From: Candidatus Iainarchaeum sp.
Lineage (GTDB): Archaea; Iainarchaeota; Iainarchaeia; Iainarchaeales; UBA10191
Reading direction: 5' to 3'
DNA: 36,496 nucleotides
Assembly (NCBI GenBank): GCA_043801115.1
Contig: JAZDMJ010000052.1
Location: 1 to 36,496, forward strand
In this document: in pieces, positions 1 through 8,318 of the stretch
How positions within the stretch are numbered: the first letter of the stretch is position 1
Layout of the letters: every line of letters begins with the position of its first letter
The notes under the pieces: generated by a model
The model's input: only the letters and a program-made list of their open reading frames with translations
Databases searched by the model: none
What the model was told of the DNA's origin: nothing
Position numbers and translations under genes: made by a program

Positions 1-2394
1 GGAACAGCGACTCTGGTTTTTTCGAGCGCGAACATTCCTTCCGGAATGACGCTCGGCGCATACAATCCGACATTGACATTGTCCGACGCCAACCACAGTT
101 ATTCGCAGCAAATCGCCACAACCGCGAATTCGGTTTCAGTATTAAGCGCTCCACCCACGACCGGAACCTTGACCATTGTCAAAACCGTCGTGAACGATGA
201 CGGCGGAACCTTGCAGGCGTCCGACTTTTCTTTTTTCATTGACGGAAGCGCTGTTTCGAGCGGTTCTCCGCAGACAGTTTCTCCCGGAATCCGCCGCGCG
301 TCCGAAACGCCCGCCTTCGGCTATTCCGCTTCCGTTTGGAGCGGAGACTGCAACGCCGACGGGGACGTTAATGTGGTGGTCGGATTTTCCTACTCGTGCG
401 CGATTTCCAACGACGATATTGCTCCAACACTGACGTTGATTAAGCACGTCGACAATTCGCTTGGAGGGACTTTGAATGCTTCTGATTTCAACTTGTTTGT
501 GGATAGTAGCGCGGCGTTGAATGGCACGCCCGTCAATGTCACTGCCGGACTCCACCAAGTCAGCGAAGATTCCGTTCCCGGCTATGTTCGTTCGGACTGG
601 AACGGCGACTGCGACGCGCAAGGAAACGTCGTTCTCTCGTTAGGTCAAAACGCAGTATGCGAAGTAACGAACACTTTTGTTCCTCCCGCCCCCACAGACG
701 GCAACCTGATCGTATTCAAGCACGTGGTGAACGATAACGGCGGCACAAAACTCGCTTCCGACTTTTCAATCAATGTTGACGGCAATGTGAATGTCCAGTT
801 TTCAGGAGACGAATCGGGCACTTTGTGGGTTTTTCCTCAAGGGCAGTATGCTATTTCAGAATCCCCCGTTTCCGGCTATACTTTAACGCATTTGATTTGC
901 GAAAACGCCGCCGACTCGAACGGCATTGACGGCAATAATATAGTGGACATTGTTGCGGGCGAAACGCGCAAGTGCTGGCTCGAAAACGACGACGTTTCCC
1001 CTTCTTTGACGATTGTAAAAGTAGTGAACAACAATTTCGGCGGAACGCTTTCTTCGAACGATTTCACCTTGCGCATTTTGGACGGCAGCACTGAAATCGC
1101 TTCGGGCAACGGTTCAGTGAGCGCCAGCAATCTCGTCGCCGGAACAGTTTATTCCATTTCCGAAGATTCCGTGTCCGATTATGTGCTCGATGGCAGCGCC
1201 AATTGTTCCATTAACGGCGACGAGAGCGTGTTTTCCAATTCGATTGTTCTCGCCTTGGAAGACAACGCAGTTTGCACCCTTTCCAACAACGACATTGCGC
1301 CCCACTTGGTGGTTCAAAAACGCATTGACAATTTCCACGGCGGAACCGCCACATTGGACGACTTCAACATCGTCCTCTTGGACGCGCAGCAAAATACGGT
1401 TGCAGTAGGACTTTTCGGATATTTGGACGTTCGCATGAACGCGGGCGCGTACTCGATTTCGGAAACAGGGCCTGACGGTTACTTGCAAGAAGGTGCCATT
1501 TCGTGCTCGAACGGAAGTGTTTCGTTCGACTTGAATTCGGACAACTCCCTCCCGCTCGGCATCGGAGACGCTTTCGACTGCAATATTGTCAACGCGGATA
1601 TTCCCCCGCGCATTTCGATTTCGGTTTCCATTACAAACGATAATGGCGGAACGGCCGCGGCTTCGGACGTGAACGTGTTCATCGATTCCATGCAAGTGGT
1701 TGCGGGAATTCCGCTCGACTGGAACGCGGGCTCTTTCACAGTCTCCGCCACTTCTCTTTCCAATTACACGGCAAGCGATTGGAGCGGAGACTGCAGCGCT
1801 TCCGGCGCGATTGATTTGAACATCGGCGATTCCAAAGCATGTTCGATTTCATTCAACGACAATGCTCCTGTCCCTTCCAATCCGCCAGGCGGCGGGGGCG
1901 GCAGCGGAGGCGGTGGCGGTGGAAGTAGTGGGACTACTGTTACTACAGTTGCAAAGAAAAACTTGGCTCCCGAAACAACGCTTTCCGCTTCTGTCCAAAA
2001 CTTGACGGCCGTATTTTCCGCGCAGTGCTCGGACTCGGACGGAAACATTTCCTCGTGCGTGTTGGACTTCGGAGATGGTACAACGAAAGTTTTGGAAAAT
2101 ATTGAAACCGTTCAAACAGTTTCGCACCTTTTTGCTTCTGCCGGAACGTTCACGGCTTCGCTGGGCGCGCTCGACAACAAGAACGTAAGCGATCCAACGC
2201 CCGCAACGCTTTCCGTAACAATTTCCGCTCCCGAAGCTCCCACTCCAACTCCCGAACCATATTCCGCTCCGCCCACGGGATTGGCTGTGGCGGGCGCGAA
2301 CGCGTGGCTGTTTGGACTGTTGCTGATTTCCATCTCGTTCGAAGCGTTTGCAATCCAGCGCTTTCGCGGCTCGCGCGCAAAGCCGAAAAAGTAG
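1..2394 (+). CDS. Surface repeat protein, 5' end cut by window edge: six beta-sandwich-type repeats, Gly linker, PKD domain, C-terminal membrane anchor
   Basis: Frame 1 is open from nt 1, with no stop before the ATG at 46. No signal peptide follows that ATG, so the gene probably continues upstream. Stop at 2392-2394. There are six ~95-aa repeats of the form (T/S)L(T/I)(I/L)(V/I)K.V.N..GGT....DF ... GDC ... C.(I/V).N(D/N)D(I/V)(A/S)P. These are followed by a PPGGGGGSGGGGGGSSG linker, a PKD signature (CVLDFGDGT...HLFASAGTFTASL) and a PTPTPEP linker. The C-terminus is PPTG, a hydrophobic helix and the basic tail RFRGSRAKPKK. Confidence 0.8.
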   Translation, partial: GTATLVFSSANIPSGMTLGAYNPTLTLSDANHSYSQQIATTANSVSVLSAPPTTGTLTIVKTVVNDDGGTLQASDFSFFIDGSAVSSGSPQTVSPGIRRASETPAFGYSASVWSGDCNADGDVNVVVGFSYSCAISNDDIAPTLTLIKHVDNSLGGTLNASDFNLFVDSSAALNGTPVNVTAGLHQVSEDSVPGYVRSDWNGDCDAQGNVVLSLGQNAVCEVTNTFVPPAPTDGNLIVFKHVVNDNGGTKLASDFSINVDGNVNVQFSGDESGTLWVFPQGQYAISESPVSGYTLTHLICENAADSNGIDGNNIVDIVAGETRKCWLENDDVSPSLTIVKVVNNNFGGTLSSNDFTLRILDGSTEIASGNGSVSASNLVAGTVYSISEDSVSDYVLDGSANCSINGDESVFSNSIVLALEDNAVCTLSNNDIAPHLVVQKRIDNFHGGTATLDDFNIVLLDAQQNTVAVGLFGYLDVRMNAGAYSISETGPDGYLQEGAISCSNGSVSFDLNSDNSLPLGIGDAFDCNIVNADIPPRISISVSITNDNGGTAAASDVNVFIDSMQVVAGIPLDWNAGSFTVSATSLSNYTASDWSGDCSASGAIDLNIGDSKACSISFNDNAPVPSNPPGGGGGSGGGGGGSSGTTVTTVAKKNLAPETTLSASVQNLTAVFSAQCSDSDGNISSCVLDFGDGTTKVLENIETVQTVSHLFASAGTFTASLGALDNKNVSDPTPATLSVTISAPEAPTPTPEPYSAPPTGLAVAGANAWLFGLLLISISFEAFAIQRFRGSRAKPKK
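163..1869 (+). repeat. Six tandem ~95-codon domain repeats inside the first surface-protein gene
   Basis: The repeat units start at GTLTIVKTVVNDDGGT, PTLTLIKHVDNSLGGT, GNLIVFKHVVNDNGGT, PSLTIVKVVNNNFGGT, PHLVVQKRIDNFHGGT and PRISISVSITNDNGGT. They are divergent at the DNA level. Confidence 0.75.
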
Positions 2395-2506
2395 CCGGAA
2401 TTTCCCTTTTTATTCTCCCTTTAAATAGGCCCGCTCTTTTTTCCCAAACTTTCTTAAAGAGGTTGTTCTTTCTAAAGTGAAGTTGGATTGAAAGGTTGGG
2501 AAAATT

Positions 2507-5500
2507 TTGTCTTCAAAAATAGCATTGGCGTTGCTCGTTTTCGCGCTAATTTTGCCCGCCGCTTTTGCCGCGAATTTGGTTTCCGATTTCAAGCAATGCG
2601 CGAACAACGATTCTCCTTACACTTTGGGCGAATGCCACTGGATTGGTTCCATCATCCAGCAAAGCAATTCTCAATATTTTGAAGGCATGAGTGTCGCCCA
2701 GAGGCTTGTTTTTACAAATATTTCTTCAACCACTGGAAATATTCACACTCTAACTTTAAGCCACCAGGCAATGAAAAGCTCGATCCATGCATATGATTTC
2801 ATTACTTCTTACAACCAGTCAAACAATCCTGCAATTACTTTGAACGCGTGCGGAGAAGAAATAGGTCCTCCTGGAACGCTTGGAGCAACATGCACTTCTC
2901 TTCGCTCCGGTTCAAACTATATTTTGGTTGATGTTCCTGACGCAATGGGTTCTGTTGGAGGAGACGATGTTGCCAGCAGGGTTGCGGCATACGAAACTGC
3001 ATTTGGAAACAGGCAGATCAAAATTTATGGAAACTCTCCAATAACTTCTGCTTCTCTTTCTTTTGATGGATACGACACTGATGCCAATGATGCAACTCAA
3101 GTCCACGCATTTTATACTTTGACTTGGACTTCTTCCTCTACTCAAGTATTGATTGAAATGGCTGGCCATCTTTCTATTAGCGGAGACGGCACTGGCATTA
3201 GTTATGGTCCTGGAAAAGGCTCATCAAGCATTTCAGGAGGCCCATACCATTTCAGTTTGCACAGGCTTGATGGCGACTCTCTTGGAAAACAAGATAACCA
3301 GATAAAAGGAGCAGACATTCAAGTGCCTCCTCAGGGAACTCTTACTGTCATAAAAACAGTAATAACTGACAATGGCGGAACAGCAGTTTCTTCAAGCTTT
3401 AATGTTCATGTAAAAACAGGCGGAGTAGATGTCGCTGGTTCTCCTGCTGCAGGTTCTTCAACTGGAACAGCATATACTTTGGATCCAGCAACTTATGTTG
3501 TAAGCGAAGATTCTCTTGCAGGATATTTGCAAACAAGCATTGTTTGCGACAACCAAGCAACAGACACTGTTACAATAGCAAACGGAGACAACAAAGTTTG
3601 CACAATTACAAACAATGATGTCGCGCCAACTCTTACTTTGATAAAAACAGTAACAAACGACAATGGCGGAACTAAAGCAGTTGCAGACTTTCCACTATTT
3701 ATTGGAACAACTCAGGTTACTTCTGGAGTTGCAAATGTTTTGAATGCAGGAAGTTATACTGCCTCTGAAACAAATCAGGCAGGCTATGCAGCTGGTGTTT
3801 GGGGTGGAGACTGCGCTTCAAACGGCACAGTAACTCTCGCAGTCGGAGACAACAAAACTTGTACTATTACAAATGATGATGTTGCTCCTAAGTTGCATCT
3901 TAGAAAAGTTGTAGTTAATGACAATGGTGGAACTGCTGTTGATACAGCTTGGACTCTTACTGCGAATGGTGTTGGGTCAAATGATGTTTCTGGATCAACT
4001 CCTGTTGATTCAGGCGCAGGCCTTATTGCTGACAATTTTTCTTTAAGTGAAAGTGGTCCTGCTGGTTATGCTTCATCTGATTGGGTTTGTTTTGGTGGAA
4101 CTCAGGTTGGTTCTAATATCACTATTGGAATAGGTCAGGAAGCAACTTGTACTATTACGAATGATGATATTCAGCCTAAGTTGACTCTGGTGAAAACTGT
4201 TGTGAACAATTATGGTGGGCAATTGGTTGTTGCTGACTTTCCGTTGTTTATTTCTGGGACTCCTGCAACTAGTGGAACAAAATATGGTTTGAATGCTGAC
4301 AGTTATACTGCTAGTGAAACAAATCAGACTGGTTATTCTGCTGGTTCATGGGGTGGAGATTGCGCAGCAGATGGTTCAATTACTCTTGCAGTTGGAGATG
4401 ATAAGACATGCACGATTACAAATAGTGATATTGAACCAAAGCTAAAGCTTGTTAAAAAAGTAATAAACGACAATGGTGGAACTCTTGGTGTTGGAGATTT
4501 TGATTTGTTTGTTGGCCAAACAAATGTTGACAGCAATGTATTCAATGGCTTTAATGCTGGAAGCTATGTTGCAAGCGAAGTACAGCAGTATGGTTATGCT
4601 GCTTCTGATTGGAGCGGAGATTGCGCTTCAGATGGAAGCATTACTCTTTCAGTCGGAGATGAAAAAACTTGTTACATTACAAACAACGATATTGCTCCAA
4701 AGCTTACTTTGATAAAATATGTTACAAACGATAATGGAGGAACTTTGGAAGTTAAGGACTTTCCATTATTTATTTCTGGAAACCCCGCGGTTTCAGGGCA
4801 AACATATGACTTGAATGCAGGCACACAGACAGCAAGCGAAACACAACAGTATGGCTATTCTTCAACTGGCTGGGCAGGAGATTGTGCAACAAACGGAACA
4901 ATAACTCAATCAGTTGGAGATGTAAATACATGCACAATAACAAATGACGACATTCAACCAACAATTACTTTGGTAAAGCTTGTAAACAACAATTTCGGAG
5001 GAACAAAGCAAGTTGCTGACTTCCCGTTATTTGTTGATCAAACAAGCGTAACTTCTGGAGTTCCTTTGGGAATAGATACTGGCTCTTACACTGCAAGCGA
5101 AACCGAATCATATGGTTACACTGCCTCTGATTGGAATGGGGATTGTTCTTCAAACGGTTCTGTAACTGTTTCGGTTGGAGATAATAAAGTTTGTTACATC
5201 CAAAACAGCGACATACAACCAAAGCTTACAGTTATCAAGCACGTGATCAACGATAACGGCGGAAACAACATTGCTTCTGATTTTACAATAAATGTTGACG
5301 GAACAAGCGCTAGCCCTTCAAGCTTTGCAGGTTCTGAGGATGGAAATCTTGTATTGCTGAATGCAGGAGATTACAGCGCAGATGAAGAAGCGTTTTCAGG
5401 ATATGCAAAAAATCTTTCAGGAAACTGCAGTGGAACAATTTCAATCGGAGACGAAAAAACTTGTACTATAACAAACGATGACATTGCGCCGACAATTACT

Positions 5501-7042
5501 TTGGTGAAAGTTGTGAACAATACTTTCAACGGGCAGGCTGTTCCTTCTGATTTCGATTTGAATATTGATGACAGCATTGTTTTGCAGAATACTGCTATTG
5601 AAGTAACTGCAAATTCTGCTCATTCAATCGGCGAATCAAACTTGTATGGCTACGAGTTTGTTTCAATAACTGGAGATGCAAAATGTCCGGCGGTATTGGG
5701 TGGAAGCGTTACTTTGGATGAAGGAGAAAGCATTACTTGTACAATTACAAACCAAGACATTCAGCCAAAGCTCACTTTGGTGAAAACAGTAATAAATGAT
5801 AATGGCGGAACATTGGAAGCAGGAGACTTTGCATTATACGTTTCAGGAAACCCAGTTACAAGCGGGGTTGCGAACGGCTTTGATGCAGGAAGCTATACAG
5901 CAACAGAAGACAATGTTTCAAGCTATGAAGCAAGTTCTTGGACTGGAGACTGTGCAGCAGATGGTTCAGTTACTCTTTCAGTCGGAGATGAAAAAACTTG
6001 TTACATTACAAACAATGACAAAAGGCCGCAGTTGATTGTAATAAAGCACGTGATCAACGATAACGGCGGAACTAAAGCTGCTTCAGACTTTTCAATTTCT
6101 GTTGATGCAAACAGTCCTTCTCCTTCAAGCTTTGCAGGAGAAGAAAGTCCTGGAACAATTGTTGACTTGAATGCAGGAACTTACAATGTTGACGAAGGAA
6201 CAGTGTTTGGCTATGAAAAAACTTTGTCCTCTGACTGCAGCGAAACAATTTCTGTGGGAGAAACAAAAACATGCACAATTACTAACAACGATATTTCCCC
6301 ACAATTGATTGTAATAAAGCACGTGATAAATGACAACGGTGGAACACTGCAAGCTCCAGACTTTACAATAACTGTAATTGGAACAAATGTTTCTCAAAGT
6401 TCTTTTGCGGGAGCAGAAAGCCCTGGAACAGCAATAACTCTCAATGCAGGCTCTTACAATGTTAACGAGCCAAACACTTTGGATTATGGGAAAACATTAT
6501 CTGCTGATTGCAGCGGAACAATAGATTTGAACCAGACAAAAACCTGTACAATAACAAACGACGATATTCCTGCAACAAGAACACTTGGCTTTTGGCAGAC
6601 TCACACAATTTTCACTACTTGGATTTTCCAAAACAAGCTTGGAAGCGCTTTGCTGATTGGAAGTTCGCCTCATAGGGGAACTCTTACAACAACTGCACAA
6701 ATCTTTGGAGGATTTTATGCAAGCATTCCATACAAATCAACTGGAGCAAAAAGGCAAAATGTTGACAAGACAAGAATACAACTATTGCAGCAATTGCTTG
6801 CAGCAAAACTAAACTGCGCTGCTTTCACTTGCACTTCAAGCGCTCAGAGCTTGATTTCTCAGGCAGATGCAGCATTTGCTTCCGGAAACATTTCTCAAAT
6901 GAATTCCCTTGCATCACAGCTTGATGCATACAACAATTCAGGAGACAGTATTTCTTTCCCAGCAGGATTGCCTGCTCAGGGAAGCGCTACTCCTGATGCG
7001 TCAAAAGCAATTGCAAACTTTGCGTATTGGGATGCGCCGTAA
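2507..7042 (+). CDS. Giant secreted surface/adhesin-like protein (1511 aa) with 12 tandem beta-sandwich-type repeats
   Basis: TTG at 2507 is the only in-frame start after the stop at 2489-2491. It gives a Sec-type signal peptide, MSSKIALALLVFALILPAAFA/ANL. The protein has a ~275-aa N-terminal domain, then 12 repeats of ~90 aa. Each repeat reads P(K/T/Q)L(T/I)(L/V)(I/V)K.V.N(D/N).GG......DF ... GDC ... GD.K.C.I.N.D(I/V).P. A ~155-aa C-terminal domain starts at TRTLGFWQTH. There is no C-terminal TM segment. Confidence 0.85.
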   Translation: MSSKIALALLVFALILPAAFAANLVSDFKQCANNDSPYTLGECHWIGSIIQQSNSQYFEGMSVAQRLVFTNISSTTGNIHTLTLSHQAMKSSIHAYDFITSYNQSNNPAITLNACGEEIGPPGTLGATCTSLRSGSNYILVDVPDAMGSVGGDDVASRVAAYETAFGNRQIKIYGNSPITSASLSFDGYDTDANDATQVHAFYTLTWTSSSTQVLIEMAGHLSISGDGTGISYGPGKGSSSISGGPYHFSLHRLDGDSLGKQDNQIKGADIQVPPQGTLTVIKTVITDNGGTAVSSSFNVHVKTGGVDVAGSPAAGSSTGTAYTLDPATYVVSEDSLAGYLQTSIVCDNQATDTVTIANGDNKVCTITNNDVAPTLTLIKTVTNDNGGTKAVADFPLFIGTTQVTSGVANVLNAGSYTASETNQAGYAAGVWGGDCASNGTVTLAVGDNKTCTITNDDVAPKLHLRKVVVNDNGGTAVDTAWTLTANGVGSNDVSGSTPVDSGAGLIADNFSLSESGPAGYASSDWVCFGGTQVGSNITIGIGQEATCTITNDDIQPKLTLVKTVVNNYGGQLVVADFPLFISGTPATSGTKYGLNADSYTASETNQTGYSAGSWGGDCAADGSITLAVGDDKTCTITNSDIEPKLKLVKKVINDNGGTLGVGDFDLFVGQTNVDSNVFNGFNAGSYVASEVQQYGYAASDWSGDCASDGSITLSVGDEKTCYITNNDIAPKLTLIKYVTNDNGGTLEVKDFPLFISGNPAVSGQTYDLNAGTQTASETQQYGYSSTGWAGDCATNGTITQSVGDVNTCTITNDDIQPTITLVKLVNNNFGGTKQVADFPLFVDQTSVTSGVPLGIDTGSYTASETESYGYTASDWNGDCSSNGSVTVSVGDNKVCYIQNSDIQPKLTVIKHVINDNGGNNIASDFTINVDGTSASPSSFAGSEDGNLVLLNAGDYSADEEAFSGYAKNLSGNCSGTISIGDEKTCTITNDDIAPTITLVKVVNNTFNGQAVPSDFDLNIDDSIVLQNTAIEVTANSAHSIGESNLYGYEFVSITGDAKCPAVLGGSVTLDEGESITCTITNQDIQPKLTLVKTVINDNGGTLEAGDFALYVSGNPVTSGVANGFDAGSYTATEDNVSSYEASSWTGDCAADGSVTLSVGDEKTCYITNNDKRPQLIVIKHVINDNGGTKAASDFSISVDANSPSPSSFAGEESPGTIVDLNAGTYNVDEGTVFGYEKTLSSDCSETISVGETKTCTITNNDISPQLIVIKHVINDNGGTLQAPDFTITVIGTNVSQSSFAGAESPGTAITLNAGSYNVNEPNTLDYGKTLSADCSGTIDLNQTKTCTITNDDIPATRTLGFWQTHTIFTTWIFQNKLGSALLIGSSPHRGTLTTTAQIFGGFYASIPYKSTGAKRQNVDKTRIQLLQQLLAAKLNCAAFTCTSSAQSLISQADAAFASGNISQMNSLASQLDAYNNSGDSISFPAGLPAQGSATPDASKAIANFAYWDAP
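3335..6571 (+). repeat. Twelve tandem ~270-nt domain repeats inside the giant surface-protein gene
   Basis: Units begin at GTLTVIKTVITDNGGT and end at TCTITNDDIP. Two subtypes are visible: DFPLFI..T.V.SG and DF(S/T)I.VD....SPSSFAG.E. The array contains a 46-nt exact duplicate at 4641-4686 and 5970-6015. Confidence 0.85.
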
Positions 7043-7047
7043 TTTAA

Positions 7048-7069
7048 AGCGCGCGTTTAACGCTTTTTT
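7048..7069 (+). terminator. Possible terminator: short stem followed by a T6 run after the giant gene
   Basis: The sequence agcg-cgcgtttaa-cgct is followed by tttttt at 7064-7069, directly after the stop codon. Archaeal termination commonly occurs at oligo-T. The site sits between convergent genes. Confidence 0.3.
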
Positions 7070-7648
7070 CTAGAACCCGAATCCCATGCGGATGAAATTA
7101 ATGCCCCACGCAAGGGTAATGAGTCCCATGAGCGTGGAAAGCACTTGAATGGCGGTTGTTCCCTTCAACTGGTTCAAGTTTGCGGCCACGAAAAACAAGA
7201 TTGCTGTAATTGCTAAGACGATTGTAATCGCGGCTCCCGTTGCCGTCATTCCAAAATCCTGCGCGCTCAAAATAATGGCCGTAATCGCTGCGGGCCCTGC
7301 CAGCAAGGGAGTTCCGATGATGGCCGAAATTGCCCTCCCGCTGTCCCCTTTCTTGCTCAAGGGAACAATTTCCTGCCCCCACACCATTTTCACGCCGAGC
7401 ATGGCCAGAATTATGCCGCCAGCGATGCGAAAGTCGTCAATGTTGATGCTGAACGCGCTCAAAATGCGCTGTCCGAACACGAGCACTACAAGAGAAAGCA
7501 TGGCCGCGACGAGAAGCGCTGCAAGGGCCATTCGATATTTTTCCTTTTGGGGCAAGTTGGCCGCGTAGGCGAAGAAAACGGTAAAGCTCAAGGGCGGGTC
7601 GAAGATGACGAAGAATAGAATGGCCAGTTGGAGAATATTGTCCCACAT
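7070..7648 (-). CDS. MarC-family (UPF0056) integral membrane protein
   Basis: The 192-aa product is multi-TM. The N-terminus LAILFFVIFDPPLSFTVFF and the later IGTPLLAGPAAIT segment resemble MarC-family signatures. ATG start. Confidence 0.65.
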   Translation of the reverse strand: MWDNILQLAILFFVIFDPPLSFTVFFAYAANLPQKEKYRMALAALLVAAMLSLVVLVFGQRILSAFSINIDDFRIAGGIILAMLGVKMVWGQEIVPLSKKGDSGRAISAIIGTPLLAGPAAITAIILSAQDFGMTATGAAITIVLAITAILFFVAANLNQLKGTTAIQVLSTLMGLITLAWGINFIRMGFGF

Positions 7649-7688
7649 GCTGGCAAAGAAAGTCGAAAGAGGTTAATAAACGCTTCCG

Positions 7689-8156
7689 CTATCCGCGTGG
7701 TTGCCGGCGTTTTCGCATTTTCTCTCTCGTTCGAAGGGCAATGTTTTTTGCCGCGATATAGGTGGGCAATGTAAAATAGCTTCCGGCATGCAACGCTCCG
7801 CCCGTTGTGATTAGTTTTGGGTTCATTCTTGCCGCTCCATAGGCGGCAATTGCATCTCCCACTTTTGAAGTTATTGTGGCGCCGATAATAAGCGCGCCCG
7901 CTTCTTTCGGAGAAATGTGGTATTTTTCCTGCATTTTCTTTTTTGCAAAGGCATATCTTTTCTTCCAGCGCGCCGTTCCGCGCAATTGTTTCACTTCGTG
8001 CACCTCTACTGCTTCTTTCACAAGGGCTTGAATGTGGAGAAAATCGTTTTTATCCATTTCGAAAATTTTGGCGTGCAGTCTTTCTCTTTCTTTCAAGCTC
8101 AATTCAAGGCCGTCAATGCACCTCAACATTTGCTCTCGATACGAATTCGCAGCCAT
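7689..8156 (-). CDS. Hypothetical protein
   Basis: The ORF track starts at a TTG at 8171, which abuts the tRNA 3' end. The in-frame ATG at 8156 (MAANSYREQ...) is preferred. I recognise no family. The C-terminus is basic. Confidence 0.5.
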   Translation of the reverse strand: MAANSYREQMLRCIDGLELSLKERERLHAKIFEMDKNDFLHIQALVKEAVEVHEVKQLRGTARWKKRYAFAKKKMQEKYHISPKEAGALIIGATITSKVGDAIAAYGAARMNPKLITTGGALHAGSYFTLPTYIAAKNIALRTREKMRKRRQPRG

Positions 8157-8173
8157 ATTTTTTTCTTCCAAAG

Positions 8174-8289
8174 TGGGATTGCCCGGATTTGAACCGGGGT
8201 TTCTAACTCGTTCGGACTCTTTTCCATCGACGCTTTTCGGAAAAGGGTCGCCCGAAGCTAGGGTCCTAACCAGACTAGACTACAATCCC
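8174..8289 (-). tRNA. tRNA-Pro (anticodon CGG) with a 42-nt intron at the canonical 37/38 position
   Basis: The reverse complement folds as a cloverleaf. The acceptor stem GGGATTG/CAATCCC has 7 perfect pairs. The D arm is GTCT-AGTCTGGTTA-GGAC. The anticodon stem is CTAGC/GTTAG. The T arm is CCCGG-TTCAAAT-CCGGG, and the discriminator is A. No CCA is encoded. Between the anticodon-stem halves lie 49 nt, namely the loop TTCGGG..A plus a 42-nt insert. With the intron at 37/38 the anticodon is CGG with G37. Confidence 0.8.
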
Positions 8290-8318
8290 TTCAAAGCATA
8301 TAGAGGAGTGAAATGTTT

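Noticed and set aside
2245-2253. Reading the PEP in TPTPEPYS as a PEP-CTERM exosortase signal.
   Set aside because: The PEP lies 8 residues before the hydrophobic helix, inside a Pro/Thr linker. Real PEP-CTERM motifs directly precede the helix. Here it is probably a chance match.
3335-6571. A diversity-generating retroelement target (variable repeats in a surface protein).
   Set aside because: The window contains no reverse transcriptase gene and no template-repeat/variable-repeat pair with adenine-specific mismatches. The variation between repeats is ordinary paralogous divergence.
2395-8289. A genomic island integrated at the 3' end of tRNA-Pro, comprising the AT-rich giant gene, MarC and a hypothetical gene.
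   Set aside because: I found no direct repeat of the tRNA 3' end. Only a 7-nt aatccca match occurs near 7078, inside the MarC CDS. No integrase is present either. The compositional anomaly is reported separately without claiming an integration mechanism.
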